Under the pieces are notes generated by a model. The model was not told the DNA's origin. It ran no database searches and worked only from the letters and a program-made list of their open reading frames with translations. A stretch of DNA of 52,983 nucleotides, counting the filler, from Sphacelaria rigidula (Eukaryota): assembly GCA_964200075.2 (NCBI GenBank). It is 4 parts of 4 records of this genome, joined end to end, with 100 filler letters (N's around TTAATTAATTAA, not from the genome) between each part and the next. Parts side by side here need not be neighbours in the genome. Positions count along the whole stretch, not along the records: positions 26,544 to 39,713 come from CAXNAA020003098.1; positions 39,814 to 52,983 come from CAXNAA020003099.1; 2 more parts are not named here. One strand, 5' to 3'. A program made the position numbers and the translations under genes. How positions within the stretch are numbered: the first letter of the stretch is position 1; the number at the start of each line of letters is the position of its first letter. Below, in pieces: positions 35,250 through 46,450 of this stretch.

Positions 35250-35812
35250 ATAGACTGAAAAAATTCTCTGAGAACTGCTCTTTTGAACCTTTCATGACGG
35301 AATATTGGCGGAATACGGGCCTCGGCGGACTTCGCCTCCTCGGAAATATTTGCTATATGTTTCACGACGATTCTAGCGCACTTTTCCGATTGTTTGTACG
35401 CCCAGTTTTACTCTTGACCGGATCCTGATATTTTTCAGTCGCCCCCGAAATCGTCCACTTACTTTTGACCGGACCCTGATTTTTTCAGTCATCCCAAACA
35501 CTTCGACTTGTCGGGGAAAAGTACTGACCGGATCCTGATATTTTTCAGTCGTCCCCCGAATCGTCCAGTTGTCGGAAAAAATACGCATTTTCCCCCGACA
35601 ACTCGAAGTTTTTGGGATGACTGAAAAAATCAGGATCCGGTCAAAAGTAAAAGTGGGCGTACAAACAATCGGAAAAGTGCGCTAGAATCCTTGTGAAACG
35701 TATAGCAAATCTTTCCGAGGAGGCCAAATCCGCCGAGGCCCGTATGCCGCCATTGATTTGTCATGAAAGGTTTCAAAAGGGCACTACTCACAGGGAATTG
35801 TTTTCAGTCTAT
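35250..35812. mobile_element. Foldback/MITE-like element with ~190-bp inverted arms and internal subrepeats
   Basis: ~35250-35440 is the reverse complement of ~35620-35812; TGACCGGA.CCTGAT.TTTTTCAGTC occurs three times direct and once inverted. Confidence 0.8.
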
Positions 35813-37749
35813 AAGAAACGGCCTGATATTGAGAAGTTAGGCGCTGAAATTTTGACACCGGATTTCGATCGAGACGCGAAATTTAGTGTGGGATACGAAG
35901 AAAGTACTAAGAGAAAGCCAGCACGATTCGAAAATTTCGGCAAAAACTAGAAGCTGTCACAACTCCGTGAAAAAAACAGCAAGCGACCGTATCCCCCCAC
36001 GCGAATCTTTTACTTGCGCACAGAAGATCCTGGTGAAACTTTGGCTCCAAAGTCGTGAAATTGGGCCACGCGTGCGACTTCTTCTGTGACACCGCTGCAC
36101 CCCCGTGGTCCAAATGATATAGGAGCCTCCACTTGCACAGGTCACGAGTTCGGATCCTCACACGGCCATTTGCTTCCCAAAAATCTAACACTATTTTTTG
36201 CAACAGTGAGAAAGAAGTATCACCATCGGGGATCGGATCGAGGAGAAGCGTTGCAGCCCAGTCCGAGTTGCGTACTTGTGCCTATGCTCATGATATGTGA
36301 TGAGCGGCCTTGAGGTCCTCTCCCATGACGGAGCTGCTGACGAGCTTGATGCCATCTAGCAGCATTCTCACTGAACTCTTAGCTGTGCTGTCAAACGTGT
36401 TATCCGTAATTCCACCGCGTTTTATATAATAAAAAATAACTCAAAACACGCCATCACGCCACGATTGAGACGTGCGCGGTACTCAACGCAGTACATCAAC
36501 GTGATCGCCAAAACTGCGCCAATCGAGCAGCGGCGGAGCCGCATGTTACCAGGCAGGTCTGCAGTCCACTGCGATATGCTGAAATTGGCCTGATTCGAGA
36601 GACTGAAACAATCGTGATGTCCCCACCGGCTTCACCTTTCTCGGCCGGCTCAGCTCGTGTGGCTGTGAGAGAGCTCAAGTCCATTTCTAGGCTACTTACT
36701 CACCCCGCTCATAGTGCCCCGCACGAAAAGTCTTGGGACGCCTGCCTATACTGTAATTGATTCAAGTCGGCCTACTGGTACTGCACCCCGATTGGCCGTG
36801 AGTGGTACAGCATTTGTTGAGAAACTTGCCCCCTAACTCAGGTCGGCGCCATGAACCAGTGGTGGATATATATGAAATCCCAACGGTCCTGCTATAGGCA
36901 CAAGGACCGCGCGCGTCTACGAGTTTTCAATTTTGGTGTCGCGAAGATCAGCTTGATTTGTGCCAGCAGCACACGTAGCTCGAACTAAATGTGCCTGATG
37001 ACACACAGTACAGGCAGTCCATACTTGTATATGCATGGCATCTCCTTCCTTCTCCTTTCAGTTGCATAGGTTGAAGAATAATGTTGTTTGGCGGATGTAC
37101 TAGGGTCGATTCACCTACCCGGCTCTAGTCACGCGCGCGCGGCCTTGTGACGTCCTTCCCCAAACAAAGACGGTGGCCGATCCTAAAACACACAAGAACG
37201 TTGACCTCACTCACATGATACTTCACGTTCTGTCTTCTTTGACCGCTAATGTCACCCCCCCGCGCGCCCCATCGTGCTGGAGTGGGCCTGCGCTACGCCC
37301 TAGCGCAGGCCTGAAGCAGGGGGGGGGGGGTGGCTGGATAAACTGTCCTGCGGGGGCTGAAACTGTCTGTGGCTCGAACAGTCATGGCGTCGCCCAGGTT
37401 TGTTTTGTACTTATGCCTTCGCTACTGTTCAGACTCGGGGTCAATATTCTTGTCGCAGGAAAAATAAAGATGTCTCAGTGTGCCCCGGATCGGTTGATCA
37501 GTTTTTGCAGCCTAAAACGCATCATGAGTGTTCAAAAGGGGAGCGAAAAAATCCACAACCCGGTAAAAGTACTGCAGGTACTCGTATGATTTCAAGAATA
37601 GCCGAGGACATTGTTGTCCCTGTTCACATGATGGGTAATCGTGGAACAACGCTTGCTGTCGTACTATTTTTTTCAAATCCGCGGCTCTTGTCTGCACTGT
37701 ACAGTACTGTTGTCTCTGCTGCACTTTGAAACACTTGAACTCGGAAAGG

Positions 37750-37956
37750 ATGGCGTCCGCATCCAGATTTCGCCTTCAGGCAGCGCGCGGGCGTGATGGA
37801 GGTCGAGGTGGTAGTGGGCAAGGCAGTAGCAAGCATACTGTGGACGGGGAGTCGATGGAAGAGATCGAGAAAGCTTTCAGCTCGTTCGACATCGACGGCA
37901 AGGGATCCTTTGATATCCGAGAGCTCAAGGCTGCCTTCAGAGCACTCGGTTTCCAG
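37750..37956 (+). CDS. First exon of a centrin/caltractin-like EF-hand protein
   Basis: MASASRFRLQAARG...EEIEKAFSSFDIDGKGSFDIRELKAAFRALGFQ|gtactg matches the centrin EF1 pattern EI.EAF..FD.DG.G.ID..ELK.AMRALGF; later exons not found in the contig. Confidence 0.82.
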
Positions 37957-38169
37957 GTACTGCATGCATATCCTGTATGATACTACTCTCGCTGACATGC
38001 TTGATGTGTGCAGGGGCTCTAGGACAACGTTGTGGAGCAGACAACAACGGACATATGTAGAGAGTATGGGTGTAGTGATACCGTCCATGACGCGGTATAA
38101 CACCCCCCGCGCGCGCGTGCTTCGGTGATGAGTGTAGTTTTTCGCACGTCGTATGTGGGGGAAAATGAT

Positions 38170-38860
38170 AGGGCGAGCACCGAGTCATCGCTCGTTGTGG
38201 AGAAAATTAGTAGGGCGAGCGCTCGAGTCATTGCTCGTTGTGAAAATATCATAATAGGGCGAGCACTCGCCGGTCGCCCCGACGGCTCAGTTGGGAACCT
38301 CGAAACGTTCTGACAGTTGGGTCGTGGGTTCGAGTGTCGGAGGGATCTGGGATCTTTTCTCACACAACGCCCAACAGTGGAGAGCGACTATGTCGTGGGT
38401 AGACAAAATTCGACTTAATAGTCGACGAGGGAAAGGGATCGCTGAACCCCTCTCGCGATGAAGAATAAAGGCAAGCACTGTAGAAGGAATGTGGAGAACT
38501 GAAACAAATAAAAAAATAAAAACTCGTGTCTAGACCTTCCTCCTGTGTGATCCCGGCTGGTGCGCCCACATACCGAAAGGTGTAGACCGACGTCCTGAAT
38601 AAATGGGACGACAACACAACACACGAGAGTCATTACTCGTTGTGAAAAACCTTAGTGGGGCGAGCACTCGAGTCATTGCCCGTTGTAAAAAAAGTAATGA
38701 CTCGAGCGCACGAGTCACTACCCGTTGTAGAACAAAAGTAACGACTCGAGCACACGAGCCATGCTCGTTGTGTTTTCAAGAAACATCCGCGAGTGCACTC
38801 GTTTCGACGAGTGATGACTCGTCCGACATGTGTAGTTTTTCCTGTTGCTCGACTACTCGA
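38170..38860. repeat. Array of ~43-bp semi-palindromic repeats (GAGCACTCGAGTCATTGCTCGTTGT) interrupted by a SINE
   Basis: Units at ~38170-38269 resume at ~38622-38770. Confidence 0.65.
38270..38622 (+). mobile_element. tRNA-derived SINE, full length (~350 bp)
   Basis: Box A GGCTCAGTTGG, box B GGTTCGAGT, A-rich middle, 3' hairpin, (CAACA)n tail. Confidence 0.82.
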
Positions 38861-39713
38861 GAATCAGGACATTGACCTTGGAGGGATCAGTTTTTTGCAA
38901 AATCTTGATCAAATTTTGCCACAGGTATCCTCGTTCACGGCACACAACCACAATCCCGTAGCTTCTACGTCCACGGTACTGTGCTGTACTCGCCGTTGCA
39001 TCGCTTGAGGCTGGTGTCCCGAGTTCAAAATAGCAAGCTTTTCTGTACCCTTGCCACCCAGGGGTTCTACCAACTGCACGTCCCCCCCCCCCCCCCCCCC
39101 CCCCCACCACCACCACCACCGTCGGAAGTTCTCGATAGTGTGAAAAAAAACTTGAAAAGTCCGACAGAAAGCTTACTGCACAGAACTTACGACGAGTATC
39201 GGGACTATACATTGCACGGGCGGTACCCCGCTTCAAAATTGGTATACCCTGCTCCGTTATAAGATGGGGGGTTCATTAGAGTGCAGTGGAAGGAACCAGC
39301 GTCCAAATCACAGCATCGGCGGGATTGGTGAACCCCGCTCCCTCAGATCCCCGCCCTTAACGGGCTTCCCCTAAAATCGAGTGCTTGCAGGTGGTAGAGC
39401 CCCGTGGTACTGTACTTGCAGTCGCCATTGTGAAATGATATCCGTGGGGATACTCTCCCGAAAGCGGGTGTATATCCTCCTCAGGAATCTCCCACAATAT
39501 CAAGAAATTCCCAGAATCGAGGAGGGAGGTGGGAAGGGGGGTTCCTTGCGGAAGGAGGAAACCCACTCCAACACTCATCTCGCAAAGCGAGTTCATGTGC
39601 CGATTACCTGAAGGCTCGGCTAGACTGCCTCGCGGCAGTCATATGGGGAAGGCGTCTCGAGAATCGAGGGGGTGGGCACTGGCCTGCAGTTAGTAGGGCC
39701 CCTTGCCACCACT

Positions 39714-39813
39714 NNNNNNNNNNNNNNNNNNNNNNNNNNNNNNNNNNNNNNNNNNNNTTAATTAATTAANNNNNNNNNNNNNNNNNNNNNNNNNNNNNNN
39801 NNNNNNNNNNNNN
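39714..39813. other. Artificial contig linker
   Basis: N44-TTAATTAATTAA-N44. Confidence 0.97.
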
Positions 39814-40045
39814 AGATTTTAATCCTCCGGGTTCTCATCCTCAATCAAAGCACCATCCTCAACATAGATGATTGGCTGTTATAACCCAAGCAAGGGCCCC
39901 AGAATATTTCGTCGCAAAACTCGATCAACTGGTGCTTGAATTTCCATGTTCACGTCGAAGAAGGCCCAAAAACGCCGTTTCGGTACAAGAATCAAGTAGT
40001 TTGCGGTTTGACCGCGGTGCGCCAAGGTTCATCGCACAAAAGCGA

Positions 40046-40324
40046 AAAACCTCACGCTATTTTAAGGAGTTAGACCCTGAAATTTTGCACAGATGTTCTG
40101 TGGGTCATTACGCAACCTTGAAAGGACGAAGTTTTATCTTTGTTTTTTACCGTTTTACGGGGGTCCGATTGGGTCGATGTTTTCCCGGAAACAGGGACCC
40201 CCGAAAAACGGTGAAAAAAGTCAAAAAGGAAAAGAAAAACTCATGCGTCGCAAGTTGCGTAATGAACCATAGAACATCTGTGTAAAATTTCAGGGTCTAA
40301 CTCCTTGAAACGGCGTGAGGTTTT
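40046..40324. repeat. Inverted repeat (~70-bp arms), MITE-like
   Basis: AAGGAGTTAGACCCTGAAATTTTGCACAGATGTTCTGTGGGTCATTACGCAAC vs GTTGCGTAATGAACCATAGAACATCTGTGTAAAATTTCAGGGTCTAACTCCTT. Confidence 0.8.
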
Positions 40325-40809
40325 GCCGATGAGTGTTTTTCGGGTGTTCACCGTGAACCAGCCTGTATTGTATTGTACGCGAAAGGTGCAGACCGGCGTC
40401 CAGAATAGATGGAACGACAGCGCGCACGCATTGTATTGTGCAAGGTGTGAAACAGTTCTGCGAAAAAACTCATTTGTGCAGATGGTGTTGGCATAGAAAT
40501 ACAATACACTGGCTCTCCACCCTCATCCTCGCCTACCTGCATCTACCTGCATACAGGATATACTTCAGCACGCAGAACGAAATGGGTAAGCCAGATCTAT
40601 ATCTCATCATAGAAAGATTCATAGGAAAATCTAAATAGCACAAAATTTTGCCCGTGTTCAAATTAACCAAAGTCCTGAATTTCATGAAAATCGTACGGAT
40701 TTGAGCGTAGATACACCCATAAACGGAACAGACACTGATAAAAACACTTTCCTCCCAACTACAGTACAATGCTTTTGGGAAACATGTTTCCTCTCACGAA
40801 GGCTTCGTG

Positions 40810-41340
40810 ATACGAGCTATTCCAGCCTAGAAAGGGATTTAAGCTCTCAAGCAACATCTCATCGGCACAGACGAGTTAGGCCGTGATCCGCAGATCATCT
40901 TGATCGTTAAACCAAGGGGGAGATACCCATCTGCTCTAAACTCTGGGCTGATTTTTCTCGTTGATTGAACGCCATGTCTAGTCATTTCTCCACCGTCCGG
41001 AGATAGGGTTCATACTGAAGTCTATATGTAACCCCGAACAACATATACAGCGAATGATGGCGATATTTGGTGTGGACATTCCCTGGGGCGCGAGGAAACG
41101 ATCGATACCCTTCCTCTCAAATTTAGTATGAAGAAAAAATGAATAAGTAGGGCAAATATAAAAAGAAATGGGGCAGGGAGGTCTTTTTTGCATGAGTTAA
41201 AGGGAATAACCAATGTCTAGTGGAATGTCCATCAGCTGATGAAAAAATACTTTCTGTCCCAAGGCACTCTCTTTTAATATGCTCTATTCATTCTCCGTAC
41301 CATATTTGAACGCCCAACTCTTTAAGTTTAGGGGAGAGCG
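40810..41340. mobile_element. Copy of the dispersed repeat family
   Basis: Colinear with 20950-21260 (GATTTAAGCTCTC, GGCCGTGATCCGCA, CCCATCTGCTC, TTTGGTGTGGAC, CGATCGATACCC). Confidence 0.65.
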
Positions 41341-42304
41341 GGCCTGCAACCTGCATATTCGCTTCTAGGCTGGACCAGGTCGTGCGAATCAGCCACACAC
41401 TAGACAATGGATTATATTGTAAAAAAATGTACTGCTTACAGTATGGAATCTATTGCCTATTGCAATAGGCGCAATAGTCGATACTGTACGCAGTACACTT
41501 TTTGACGGTGTATTCTATTGTCCAGGGTGTGGAATCGGTCTTATTGTCCGCTTTTCGACGACAGCTGCGGGGATCCGCACCGAAGCGGCGGTTCCAACCG
41601 ATGGTGTGTGTTTCGTGCATACTTCTTTTCCTAATCCAATACAAACTTTGTTCGATATAGTATCAGGAAAACATGCTCCTCTCACGAGAGCTTGGCAATA
41701 TGTGTCGCCCCTTTTCTCCGTGTCTTGAATAAGCTTCGTAATCATTCCTGATGTCATCACTCGCTTCCAGGGGGGAAGCGTGAGGGACCGGAGCGCAGCG
41801 AAGGTCCCGAGCGGCTTGTATATAGAGAGAATACACAGCTAGCTGTCTGTCTTTGACACTGCGTGCCAACTGCAGCAATGACGCCTTGGGCGATACTACC
41901 TGCTCACTGCACTGCGGCAGGGTGCAGGGTGGCACAGCACACCGCAGAACGTCACGTTAGTCCATCTCCGTGCTGCATTGATTCCCCGCTGTCATACGCA
42001 TATGGAGCTCGCCACAAAATGAACACAGACGCTTGTACGGAGGCCAACATGTATAGGTGCGTACATTACCCCTTGCTACGCGTTACAGTACGTCGCTACG
42101 CCCCATTTTTGCACAGCTGTCCGTGTTGCAGCCAAGCGTGGGTTTGCCCTTGGTGGCGCACGTGAAAGAGAAAGGCCGCCTCCGCCGCTATAATGGCTAC
42201 CTGTATCTCGAGCGAAGCTGTATAGTAATACAACAGCCGCTATGGCGTGAAAGCCCTCTGCAACGTTTCCACACCCTGTACAACTATGACTAACTAACTA
42301 AGTT

Positions 42305-42790
42305 AGTTGTTAGTCGACCAACTACCGGCTAGTTGTTTCCAGACAACTAGTTGTGCACGGTTCTGAAAGATTAGTTGGTCGGAAACAACTAGTTGCACAC
42401 GATTCTTAAAGAATAGTTGTTTGGATACCAATAGTTGCGCGCGATTTTGGAAGAGTATTTGTTTGGAAACAACAAATTGCGCACGATTCTGAACAGTTAC
42501 CGGAATTGTGCGAGCCATCGCACACCCCCTGGGCCGAATTTCAAAGCCCGATTACTCCACGACGAAGAGGGTGCCAATACCAAACGACGCGTTTTCGGAC
42601 AGCTATCGACGAGATCTTTCCAGCGTCACCCTTTTCAGAACCAGTGCTCTTCTTGTTGTGGAGTAATTGAGCTTCGAGATTCGGTCCAGGGGGTGTGCGA
42701 CGACTCGAACAATTACGGTAGTTGTTTGGAAACAACTAGTTGCACACGGTTCTGAACAAGTAGTTGTTTGATGACCCGGGTAGTTGTCAA
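42305..42790. repeat. ~42-bp tandem repeats containing the palindrome ACAACTAGTTG
   Basis: About four units before and one to two units after the inserted MITE. Confidence 0.7.
42500..42718. mobile_element. 219-bp MITE, Tc1/mariner-type (TA target-site duplication, ~60-bp TIRs)
   Basis: TA|CCGGAATTGTGCGAGCCATCGCACACCCCCTGG...CCAGGGGGTGTGCGACGACTCGAACAATTACGG|TA. Confidence 0.8.
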
Positions 42791-44478
42791 CATCGGGGAC
42801 AAATACAATTACACGGTTGGCTGAGATCGAGCTGACGCATGAACATGTGAGCACCCCACGCACTCACACACAAACACAAACGAGAGACCAAGCGCACCAA
42901 ATGGCAGCTGTGTCACCAGCCGCCCCCACACCAGTACCAGCTGCTCCTACACCAGCACCAGCAGCAGATGGTGGTCGACACACGTCATTGTGCTTCGATG
43001 TCGAAGGGGAACCGTGATTGATTGAGCCAGTTGGACGTGATGCATACACAACAGCCGACCCTAAATTTTGGGGTTGAACACTAAATTGGGGTTCAAGCGG
43101 CCCAACTTTTTTGCAGGAATGGCGCGAAACATTGACACCCAAAGGAACCATCTTCCCCCCAGAAGTTTTGCAACAGTTAAGCAGTTGTTGCTACGTACCC
43201 CGAACGAATGCGGCGTGCACGCGTGTCGACGACAATACCACCGGAGGAGTAACGGCAGAGAGGAAGCTCCTCGCCCGTGTCCGTTGTGTGTGTTCGCTTG
43301 GCGACTCCCAATCGCTCGAGAGACTAGCATCATGCATGCTACCAGCATGTGACCAAATTTCCCTTGTGCCGGTAGGCAGGTTGTTGCACAGCTCCCCAAA
43401 GAACGTCGAGGTGCCGAGGGGTGTCGTCTCTTCTTGTCTGCGGAGCTTACCAATGCAAAGATCGACTCCTCTCTGTCTCTCTCTTTGAACAGGACGCGCC
43501 TCTGTGCGCTGCAGAACACATCGTTGAAAAATCGGGCGATGTTCCCGTCACCGCAACTGTTTTCTGTCACACACATGCCGGCAAGGACGGTGCTACGATA
43601 ATGACGTACCCAACCGCAACTTGGGGGGGTGGGGATATTTATCGTTGATTTTACCCGACATGTGTACCTGTGCGTGCGCGACGACAAGAGCGTGCCACAC
43701 GCCAGTTGGGAGAGGTATGAGAGATCAAACACTTGTGGAGACCTTTTTGTCATGCGGAGTGAAAACGATAACTATGGTGATGACCTAACTCTTGCTGGCG
43801 TGCCGTATGGGGGTGCCTCTATGCTGCAATCTGGAGCACCCACCCACCCACTGCGTGTGTGTCGCCGTAGCTTTCGCGACTTCCGATGTGAGGAGGTCAT
43901 TCATTACAAGCTGGGGCGAGGTATGTTTCACGAGGAACAAGAGTGCTCTATGATTAACCACTTGTTGTTGCATTCGAGATCCACGCCATCAACCGCCGAC
44001 CGCAGAGGTCTTGTGGCTTTCAAGCAACGCTGGCGGTAGTACGCCAGACCCACCCAGTCATAGCTAGCTTTCATTGCTCCACTGTACTGACTGTCGACTG
44101 TACAATCACCGTAACAACATCGAAATTGACAAGGGTTTTAAAAACCAAACAGTTCCATTTTTGCAACTTATTCCACACAATATAAAGGATTCTCAAGGGC
44201 TGCGGGAAAGTGGCCGCTTCGGGTTCGGTCAAACGTGCGAAGATACCGTCGAAGAGTAATACCAAACTATGCTGGGATTGGAATAGATCAATCAGTAAAG
44301 AACCGAACTGACATGGACAGGTGTACCTTTCAAATAGGAAAACGCGCACATGAAACGGTTCGCAGATGGAAAAACGCGGATTTTCATTTGGAGAAACTTT
44401 CTATGCCTCGGTCAGTGTTACATGAGCTTACAAAAATTCGGTCATCGTTTCTCCACTACCTGGCGATGAAAGGGTTAA

Positions 44479-45225
44479 CCCTTAGACAGCAACCCCTCCG
44501 CAGGTGGGCTATTCCACAGTTGGGATTCAGAACTGTTTTTTTCTCGCTGTACAAAACTTCTTTTACATGGACATGCGGATATTTGCCATCTATATAGAAA
44601 ATAATGCCGGAGAACCCCTGACCAGTTTTGACCCTGCAGGCAATTGCGTGCAGAGTCGGTATGTATGTGTGTTGTATGTCTTCACTGTATACAACGGCAA
44701 GAGACAGCATAAGTGTGCCATCGCTCTCCACTGAACACAGTTTACTGCATGCTGCTGATATCTCTGCCTAGTGCTCAACAACAACACTACAAACAGTGTG
44801 AAGCTATCCTGGCAGCACATGTGAGGTCAGGCAGGCAGTAGACAACGAACAGAATACAAAACAAGTTGTTTGTACCCATGTAATCTATGGTTGATTTCCC
44901 ATGGCCAAAATGAGTCGTGGAGGTAGACAGCAGCTAGCGAATTCGTCCAATGTAGTCCACCCGAACCGGAAGAACGTGCTCATTTTGACGACCGTGATTG
45001 GTCAGAATGGGCATCCCGCACCTCTCAGGCCTCGTGCACGGCTCATAAATTTCCGCGGGAAACTTTTAGACACACATGGTTGACTTAGCAACCTTTTCGG
45101 CTCCTCTGCGGACAGAGACCCCTCCTCCCCTCAACAACCACACCCCCCGGCCACTGGAAACTCCCGAACTTCTCCGGACTGTCAGGCTGTGAAACTGTTC
45201 CGAGGCGACGCTCGCTGCCTCAGGG
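44479..45225. mobile_element. piggyBac-type MITE, second copy (inverted relative to 31528-32406)
   Basis: TTAA|CCCTTAGACAGCAA...TCGCTGCCTCAGGG|TTAT; ~44975-45225 is the reverse complement of ~31528-31775. Confidence 0.72.
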
Positions 45226-45299
45226 TTATCATATTATTTTTCGATCGAAAATGTGCCCTGGAAACGGGAAAACTCCGAAATGACAAGTCGTGATTTCAA

Positions 45300-45792
45300 C
45301 TACCGTGTCTCAGGCCGCGTCTCATCAACTTGTTTTCGTGTCGAAAACGTGCGGTCGAATCGAATTCCCTAGTTTCTGATTCGTCCACGCTATTTCTTGC
45401 TCAGATGGTTGAGAGCATGAATGCCGGGAACGTATCAGGTACAAGCAAATTCGATTCCACCGCATGTTTTTGAGTCGAAAACAATTTGATAAGACACGGC
45501 CTTAGCACATCATTTATTTTCTGGTCGCGGAAGCGTGCGGTGGAGAACAAAAATCCTGATCTGATAGGTTGTGATTGTAACCATCTTCAAAATTAATGAC
45601 GATGGTTAAAATTACTACCCATCAGATCGGGATTTTTGTTTCCACCCCAATTTTTCGGTCGAAAACTCATGTTGTGCTAAGACACGGCTCAAGACACGCC
45701 CTAAAGGCCGTCTCTTATAAAACAGTCGACTCGAAAACGTGCGGTCGAATCGAGTTCGTCGTAATTAGCTCGTATCTCATACATCTACGGTA
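45300..45792. mobile_element. MITE-like repeat with internal inverted and direct repeats
   Basis: CGAAAACGTGCGGTCGAATCGA x2; inverted arms at ~45546-45585 and ~45601-45640; ends TACCGT...ACGGTA. Confidence 0.45.
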
Positions 45793-46085
45793 TTAATGTT
45801 CTCGGATGGGTCCAACTCCATTTAATAATTATTTGCGCGCGATGGGCAGGGTGACAAACAGAAAAGCCTAGCTTTTTCAATTGAAATCAAGCGGCGGATA
45901 CGAACGAAGGGGCACATGCACACCACTGAATGAAGTATGTTGCAGACAACCGTGCCAGATGCCACACTTTCACAGAACTAAAAACAGAAACAGTATGCAA
46001 AACTCACATGCTTCATTCGCAGCTACTAACTCAAACCTGTAGCACAGATCACGACCTGAGCATAGGGATACATAGACTGCAAGAA

Positions 46086-46450
46086 CCGGTCGCCCCGGTG
46101 GCTCAGTTGGTAACCTCGAAACCTTCTGACGGTTGAGTAGGGGGGTTCCATTCCTGGAACGATCTAGGATTCTTTCTCACATGCCCAACAGTGGAGAGCG
46201 ACCATGTCGTGGGTACACAAAATTCGACGTAACGGTCGACGAGGGAAAGGGGCTGCTGCACCCCCTCTCGCGATAAAAAATAAAGGTAAGCACCGCAGAA
46301 GGAAGGTGGGGTACGAAAAACAAACAAAAAAGAAAAACTATTATGTTGACCTTCCTCCTGTGTGACCCCGGCTGGTCCGCCCACGTATGCCGGAAGGTGC
46401 AGACTGGCGCCCGGAATAAATGGGACGACAACACAACACACACACACACA
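46086..46450 (+). mobile_element. tRNA-derived SINE, full length
   Basis: CCGGTCGCCCCGGTGGCTCAGTTGG head, body colinear with the 38270 copy, (CA)n tail. Confidence 0.82.
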
